Assembly (NCBI RefSeq): GCF_009914755.1
Contig: NC_060931.1
Strand: one strand, 5' to 3'
From: the human T2T-CHM13v2.0 reference genome, Homo sapiens
DNA length: 64,000 bases
Positions 56,770 to 64,000 of the stretch are shown one piece after another. Made by a program: the position numbers and the translations under genes. Within the stretch, counting starts at the first letter, position 1. Every line of letters begins with the position of its first letter. The notes below the pieces were generated by a model. It searched no databases. It was not told the DNA's origin and was given only the letters and a program-made list of their open reading frames with translations.

Positions 56770-59359
56770 AACTTTCAGTTTTATTGACTATATACTTTTG
56801 TAATTAGGTACATCCAGTCACACTGGAGAAAGATAGTGTATAAATTTATAACAATGGGCCGGGTGCGGCCGGCCCATTTTATATATATATATAAAACAAT
56901 GTATATATCTGTATGCATGCATGTGTGTATGTGCTCTATGTAATATATATTATCATTAATTGTCATAGAAAAACATCTTTAGAATTAAAAAGAGCTTAGC
57001 GATCATTTAAATTGTTCCAAACATATATCTATCATGCATGGAGAACCGGTTTTCTCAAATGAAATATGCCCCAAAACTTAAAAAAATAAGGTTGAAAAAT
57101 AAATAAAGCAAAGTTCCTTTGGCTGAAAGGTAAAAGGATCAAAGCCCACAAACTTCACCTCGCAGCCACTCACTTTCACTGCAACAGAGCATTCTCAAGT
57201 CACCCCACAAAACCCCTAATTTTCTATGGTACACATTTGACTACTACCAGTCAATTTTAGTCATTGTCTTTTGTAAGTTTGAAAAATGACATACGATGAA
57301 GTTGCAAATTATCTATAAACATTTACCTAGTGAGTGACCAGGTCACCCCACCAGAACTCAAATTCCCTGATTTCTAGAAGTTTATTTTTGTCCAAATAGA
57401 AAGGTCCATCCCAATGTTGGCTGAAAATTAAAATTCTGGTCTTTGAAAAGAGTTGGGCTATTTGGAATTTCTGACAAAAACTAAAGAGAATCTAAGATTT
57501 TCCTAAAGTCAACAAGTCAGTTAATATTTTCTCTCAGGCCCAGCACTGCCATTTTCCCTCCTCCCAGGCCTATGTGCAGCAAAGGCCAGCCCTCCCTTCT
57601 TTTCAGATTTCCTTTCAACTGCTGCTGTGTTTGCCTATTCCCTTGGAATCTCTATTGGATACCAATTTCTTGACCCCTCCTGGGTAAAGAATCACATGGC
57701 TTTGTGTTTTTTGTATGTTAAATAAACTTAGCCAAGATAACAATTTTGTGGAATCTTAGTGACTATTTGTTTTTCTTTCTCGAGCATTTTTACATGTTGT
57801 CCTGGCTTTAGCTTTTAACATTATGGATATCAAGATCTCCTGTCTATTTAGTAAAGCCTGAACATGTTCTCGTACGCCTACTCACAATAAACTTGGACTG
57901 AATTTATCTGAGAGTGTGGCTTATTTTGCAAACACCTCCAGACAAAAACTAACTAAAATATACTTGCATGATGAACAAAGATTTCAGACAAACTCTGCAT
58001 AGATCACGGAAAGTTTAAGAAGCCCTATTTGAGCTTCAAATTTCAAAGTCATGATTTATAAACTCAATTTCAGGTGAAACAGAAAAGTTTCAATCACGTA
58101 TTTATCATGACTTAGTATCATGGCTTTTAGGAGAAATGTTTCCAAATCTACCATGTATTGTTTTTATTTTTATTTTTATATTATACAGGCTTATATTGTT
58201 CACTAGAAAATAGGCTACTTCATTTATAGAAATATTTTATGTAATAAAAACCATTTCAACATGAACAATTTCAATGATCCTAAGAGGAAAATACCACCCT
58301 CTGGTGGTGAAACCCTTAAACAGCAAAGGCCTGGGGGCAGAATGCCTCCAGTTACCACAGTGGCTAATCCAGGTGGTAAAGGGAATGACAGGAGGGTCTG
58401 ATGTCTGGGTATTGGCAAGAAATCTCAAGAAGACCATATCATCTGGAGATCCCTGAGGGCATGTGATATGTGGGTATGGAGGAGAGTAGTGGAAAGAGAA
58501 GCAAACCATTACCAAAGAGATATTGATCAAAGCAATGTTTTATCCCCTTTCATGGGAGCTGGGAAAACCAGGCACTAAACTGGTGCCTAAGTAAAGTCCC
58601 AGGGGCTTTTCTGAACCAGAATTAGGCATCAGATCCACAGACAGCATGGGAGATCATAGAGGGATAAAGAGCCAAGCATATCATGCTAGTCCAGGATATA
58701 AACAATGAACAGAACAGGACTGCCAAAAACTAGAGTTTAATGGATGTTGGTCTCCTAGTGGGCAAGAGAAGATGAAAGGGGATCAATTGGCCAATGTAAA
58801 CATTTAAGGCTTACCAGACAAGTAAACATTTTGTCCAGGCTCCACCCTTTGATTATTCAATTGTATCTTGATAAGCTCCTGGTCTGCCCCTGGTCCAAGC
58901 CTCCATTCTGGAGCTCTCCTTTTAGATCTCAGCCTCGCCTATAATTTCTTCTGTCGCTTTCTAACAAGGCAAGATTTTTACAGGGTTATCAATTTATAAG
59001 CCAAAATTACTTGTATATTTTCTAATTAATTCAATCTAAAGAATAAATCCCATGCACCACAAGGAGACTTGATGTAGAACAATTCCTTCAAATCAGAGAC
59101 AGAATAGGACTAAAAAATAATAATAGTAACTTGAATTGGCAAAACAATGAAGACTCAATGAAAAAGAGAGATCCACCAAGGATGCCTAACAAATCTTTTA
59201 TCCACAGAAGAGTGGTGCTGAGACTGTGCAGAGAGAAAGGCTTGTCTAAGTTAATGTTACAAAATACTTCTCAAAATGTAAAGGTCTATGTAAATATAAT
59301 ATTTTATGCGAGTGTATTATTCAGCTGCCAGTATGTAAGGAGAATGGCAATAATAGTAA

Positions 59360-59530
59360 TTTGAATTTATGGAGGGCCTATCATCTTAGACACTTGTGCT
59401 TTTGAAAGCCAGCTTATTAATCCTCAGGACTATCTCAGGAGAAAAGCAGCCAATGTTATTAGCTCCATTTGCAGATAAGAAATTGAGACAGACACAGATT
59501 ATGTGGTTCATACAAGGCTTGCACAAGAAA
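59360..59530 (-). mobile_element. MIR
   Basis: ttaatcctcaggac...ccatttgcagataagaaattgagacag...caaggc. Confidence 0.75.
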
Positions 59531-60313
59531 TCTGTGAGGAGAAGGAAAAATTATTAGCTACTAAGGTAGAAATGTGATCCACAGATAAAGAGTTGGCAAG
59601 GTTTGATCTTCTCCTGTTCATACTCATGGAAAAAGTAAGCATTGTCCTAGCCAAAGCTATCTAAAGCAATATTATGTATATTACATGGAGAAGGGACCTG
59701 GTGTGTGTGATAGTACTGGAGGCTTCAGTTCAACCCAGAAGAAAGCAGCGAAGCACTCAGCTTGCCTTGATTGGCAGAATGGATGCCTTGGCAACCACTT
59801 GGCCTGAAACCAACCTGCCCTCTCCAACACCACTATCCTCCACCCACACCCTTGTCACATAATCATCAGGAAGGCATGCTCTGAAATAAGGATGAAATGA
59901 CAGAATAAGGAAGTCTTCAAATGAAACAGGAAGCACACAGAGAGAGCAGAGCACTTACTAACATGAAATTAGAAACCAAAGTGAATGAAGAGGAACTCAC
60001 AGAGGTGAGTCAAAGAGTACAGAGTCATTCAAAAATGTTGATGAAGAATTCACTTTAAATCTTTACCTTTTTCTTGTTCTTAAAGTTAAGAAAAACTTAT
60101 TTTTAAAGTAAAAACAGATATCTTAAAAATAAATTTAAACAATAAAATTAAATGTTCTATAAAATGAATCAATCAGAAAGTAGTGAGTTATACATGCTTT
60201 TATAAAGGAAAACGACCTTGCAAACCAAGTTTTAAGGCTCAAATGAATTAGCCAAATCCTATACAATTATTAACAAGATAGAGAATAAAGATAAACAAGT
60301 GGCTATACCATTA

Positions 60314-60370
60314 TGTGTGTGTGTGTGTGTGTGTACATATGTATGTATATATACATACATATATATGTAT
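60314..60370. repeat. (TG)n-(TA)n microsatellite
   Basis: Read directly. Confidence 0.9.
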
Positions 60371-60500
60371 TTCCTTTTACAGATGAAGATAAATAAAATT
60401 CATAATAAAATATTTATTCACAATAAACACCTAGGAGTGTGTGGGAATAACAGTTTTATTGGGGAAAGGAAATACAGGGGCTAACTGAAAAAACACGAAG

Positions 60501-60581
60501 AATCTTTTAAAAGATTACTAGATTACTAGATTTAAAAGATTAGTAGATTTAAAAGATTTAAAAGATTACTAGATTACTAGA
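60501..60581. repeat. Composite minisatellite of AGATTACT and AGATTTAAA units
   Basis: About 9 AGATT-initiated units of 8 or 9 bp. Confidence 0.9.
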
Positions 60582-61619
60582 AATGGACAGTTATAGATAA
60601 AGAGATAACAGTTATATCCCTCATTAACAAACACTATTAAGTTATACTTCAAAATACTGATAAATACCAAAGAAAACACACGATGACTTCCAAGGAAAAA
60701 AGAGGTTACTGGGAGACCTTTGATATCAGTATTTCCTACCAATTTACTGGTCATAACGACAAATCCTGGAAGAGAAAGTAAATTGTTGTCAAAATTTAAC
60801 AGGCAAGAGTGCGTAGGTTAATTACAGGAAGTTTTTAGTTTAGGAAACTGCCAAACTCATCACAAGACATGAGAGACAGAGTGATGTAATTACCTAAGAA
60901 GGGGGATGAAGTAATGCACTCAACCATCAGCACCTGATTTCTTTTTTTGCTGGAGCCAGAAGAAATCTTTTCACTGATGCACAGTCAGATACCTGAGATA
61001 TCCCCCACAACCCCAGCTAGAAACATGGGTGCTATCTAATCCTGGAAGTTTCTAAGAGCCATTCAATATTTTCATGCCTATTCTCTGCTTCCAGGCAGGG
61101 TGGATATCCAGTAAGAATACCTGAGTACCATACACTGGCCAGCATCCATTCTGACAGGTCAAGTGTCCATGCCATACTCACTGCTGCACATTTTTAATAT
61201 CATTTTGCATTCAGAAAAGTATCAACCTAAGCCTACCAAGGAAGTGTTCCTCTCCCTATTAAAAACTTCCAAGATGACTAGGTGTTATTTGGTGGGATGG
61301 ATTTCTATTATTATGTTTTTTAATTTTAAAAAATATTCTAAAGGGAGAGAAGTGGTACTATGTCATCTGAATTGGTGAATCAAATTTAAGTGAATCTCAT
61401 TGGTGAATGAGAGCTGGTCACACTCAAAAGAAGGATGTGACACAGTCTGAGGTTTTAACTAAAGAGAGGGAAGAAAGAAGCAGCAGGATCATGCAATACA
61501 AGAGGCCAAGAGGGGCTCTCAGACTGTCCCCCCCATGGACTAATTATGCAGAATTTATGAAATGGGTTCTGAAGGTTGAGCTATCTGGGTTCAAATGCTA
61601 GCTCCACAGTGAAATTTGT

Positions 61620-62025
61620 AGGGAGAAGCAGGATGAAGTGCTTCAGGTAAAAGGAAAATGATCCACAATGGTGTAAAAACAAGAGTGAGCAGAACTCGTT
61701 CAGAAAGCAGCAAGCACTTCAGTAAGGCTGAGGCATAGCAGTGGGGTAGGGGCAGAGGCAAGGATGGGGGAGGGGCAAGAGGGAAGGATGCAGAGAAAGG
61801 CAGAGGCTGGTCATGACATACTTATAACACAGACTGAGGAACTTGAACTTTAGCCTAAAGAAGACGCAGAGGAGTTTAAGTTCAGTCAATGACATGATCT
61901 CATCTGTGATTTACATTTCAGGAAGGTGGAAAGCAAAAGTTGAAGCAGAACTAGAGACAAAGAGCAAGGGCAGTGGCCTGAACTAGGAAAGTGGTTGTAA
62001 GAATGGAGAGAAGTGGACAGAGTTC
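61620..62025 (-). mobile_element. L2 fragment
   Basis: gaggaacttgaactttagccta...ggagtttaag...tgacatgatc...gtggcctgaactagg...ggagagaagtggacaga. Confidence 0.75.
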
Positions 62026-62889
62026 ACCTTGTCCCTTGTTTTCGACTCCTAAACTCCAAGGATTATAAATTACCCTTTTGAGGTTTTGCACTTAAGACCA
62101 CCTTAGATTCCATTTTTGAGATTCTGTCTCCAAGGATGCAAAATGTGAACCTTAACCTCTGTACCAGTTGGAACCATGTCTTCCTGTAGAGGAAATGAGT
62201 TTCAAACCTCACTTACTGGTAATTATTCTTCGTGTTTTTTCAACTGGCCCCTGTATTTCCTTTCCCCAGTAAAACTGTTTTTCCCACACACTCCTAGGTG
62301 TTTAGTGTGAATAAATATTTTATTATGAATTTTATTTATCTTCATTTGTAAAAGCTATCTGGGTTCAAATGCCAGCAGAAAATGAGTCTGGTCTCAAAAC
62401 CATGTCCGCACATCCAAGCCAGTGAATAGTTTCTTCGACAATCATACCAAAGTGAAAGGATAGTGTAGACAAGTGCAGTTATTTAGCAATTCATTAATGC
62501 TATCTAAAACTTCTTCCATTTGTTCACAGTCTTTTGGTTAAATCAACTTCTGTAAGTTCATTTTATGGATTGTAAAATGGGAAGTATTAGAAACAGATAC
62601 AAGATTGTGTTTTCCATCAAAGCTATGACATAGAGATGGACTTAGTTTCCTTCTTTTAGAAATTTCTAGATTTCAGAATACGCCTCTTTGTATTTGGACG
62701 TAGAGCAAAGTGGTTGATACATTTCATACTTGCCTTGATAATCAATCAATGTGTTTTAGAGGAAAGAAAATGGGACCCGGAACCAAAAAACCTGATCGAG
62801 CTTCTAAAACTCTCCAATCTTCAATTTTACATCTATTAAGTAGTAATAATAATAATTGTTATTCCCTTTCCACTATGCTTTATGAGAAT

Positions 62890-63130
62890 TAAATGATTTA
62901 CTATCTGTGATGAGAACCAAAAACTTTTTGATTTTGGAAATGTGCTATATCTGTCATATCCAATCAGGTAGATAATAGCTACATTCATGCAGCTGTTGAA
63001 CATACTTCATGTGGCTGTTGAACACTTGAAATCGAGCTAGTTTTACTGAGAAATTGAATCGTTAATTTTCATCAATTTAAAGGGCACATGTGGCTAATGC
63101 TTACCTTTTTGGAAAGTGTAGCTCTAGAGT
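62890..63130. mobile_element. MER3-like (hAT-Charlie)
   Basis: ggaaatgtgctatatctgt...tccaat...catgtggctgttgaacacttgaaat...actgagaaattgaat...cacatgtggctaatg...gctctag. Confidence 0.78.
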
Positions 63131-64000
63131 ACTGATTCAGTTTCAGTTATTCCTAGTCTAAATTCATTAATTCTAACTTTGTTCTGGAAATCCATAGATT
63201 GTATGTTGTCTTTGTTTAAAAATGAATGTTCTCTTTATATGTGAGCAAAGATAAGTATGTAACCTTCTTAAAAGCAATTGGTAAGATGAAACAAAGTACA
63301 ATTGTATTTTTGTCCACCACTGTGCTTTTAAAAAATTTATTCATTGGGGGAAATTTTTTCTAATACCACTGATGAAATTTCCCCAGTTGGTCCCATATAT
63401 CTCCTGGTCACTCTTAGATTAAAATTAAAAAAAGTCCTGGGTTATTTTAAGTTTCAAAATGCAGTATTATTTGTAAATTTTCATCAGCACCAATCTCCTA
63501 GGGCAAGACTGATCCTCCCCTCCCCACACCACATGGGTCTACAGCCTTTGGGGAAGAGGGATACAAGTGCGTATCTCCTCTTTTTCTACCTCACCTCTTC
63601 CATCGCCCAACTAACTAGCTACTGCTGCTACTGAGGGCTCCGAAGTTGGAAGCTTTGACCCTCCTTTCGAGAACCAGCAAATATTTATTGCTGCTGCTGC
63701 TGATGATGATGATGGTGTGTGCGTGCATACATGCACTTTGGAAGATCCTGAGAAGCTTTCAACGGCTAAACCTATGAAGTGAATGATGCATCCAATTTTT
63801 AAGTCAGCTAAAGCCTCCCTGAGCTCTGGTTTCCAGGCAGGCAAACACACCAAGCTTTCCTGGAATGTGCAATGAGGTGAAACAATAGCATCCTTCATCT
63901 CCTCACCTACCCCTCTGGATTGGGATAGTCCTTCAAAAATCATTCTCACAAAATCCTCTCAGTGTTCATTCCCCCTTTATTTTTTATTGCAACTTGGAAG

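Noticed and set aside
60501-60581. Short repeats resembling a CRISPR-like array (also 5721-5858)
   Set aside because: No unique spacers, no cas genes, and eukaryotic intron context.

Overview
Human (primate) genomic DNA covering the 3' portion of MACC1 (metastasis-associated in colon cancer 1) on the minus strand. The complete CDS can be assembled from GT/AG-bounded exons: 22151-22037 + 20534-18493 + 14669-14481 + 1446-1234 = 115+2042+189+213 = 2559 nt = 852 aa + TAG. Two non-coding 5'UTR exons lie at 31067-31003 and 24688-24545. No promoter or first exon is visible, so 31068-64000 is read as a long first intron, and 1-1233 is the start of the 3'UTR. A four-exon plus-strand antisense lncRNA (MACC1-AS1) is nested in the last intron. 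The rest is ordinary intronic repeat content: 13 Alus, L1, L2, MIR, MaLR/ERV solo LTRs, MER DNA transposons and microsatellites. I see no prokaryote-type system, CRISPR array or second protein-coding gene. The most interesting signals appear only after splicing or in RNA architecture: (1) an out-of-frame uORF overlapping the MACC1 start codon, plus two short uORFs; (2) a 68-codon spliced ORF in MACC1-AS1; (3) a cryptic splice donor 37 nt after the stop codon, abutting a ~100-nt UG tract; (4) inverted Alus bracketing the ATG-containing exons; (5) a 12-nt 'ghost' Alu stub folded into a hairpin. All are hypotheses. Repeat subfamily names come from recalled consensus motifs, not from a RepeatMasker run.
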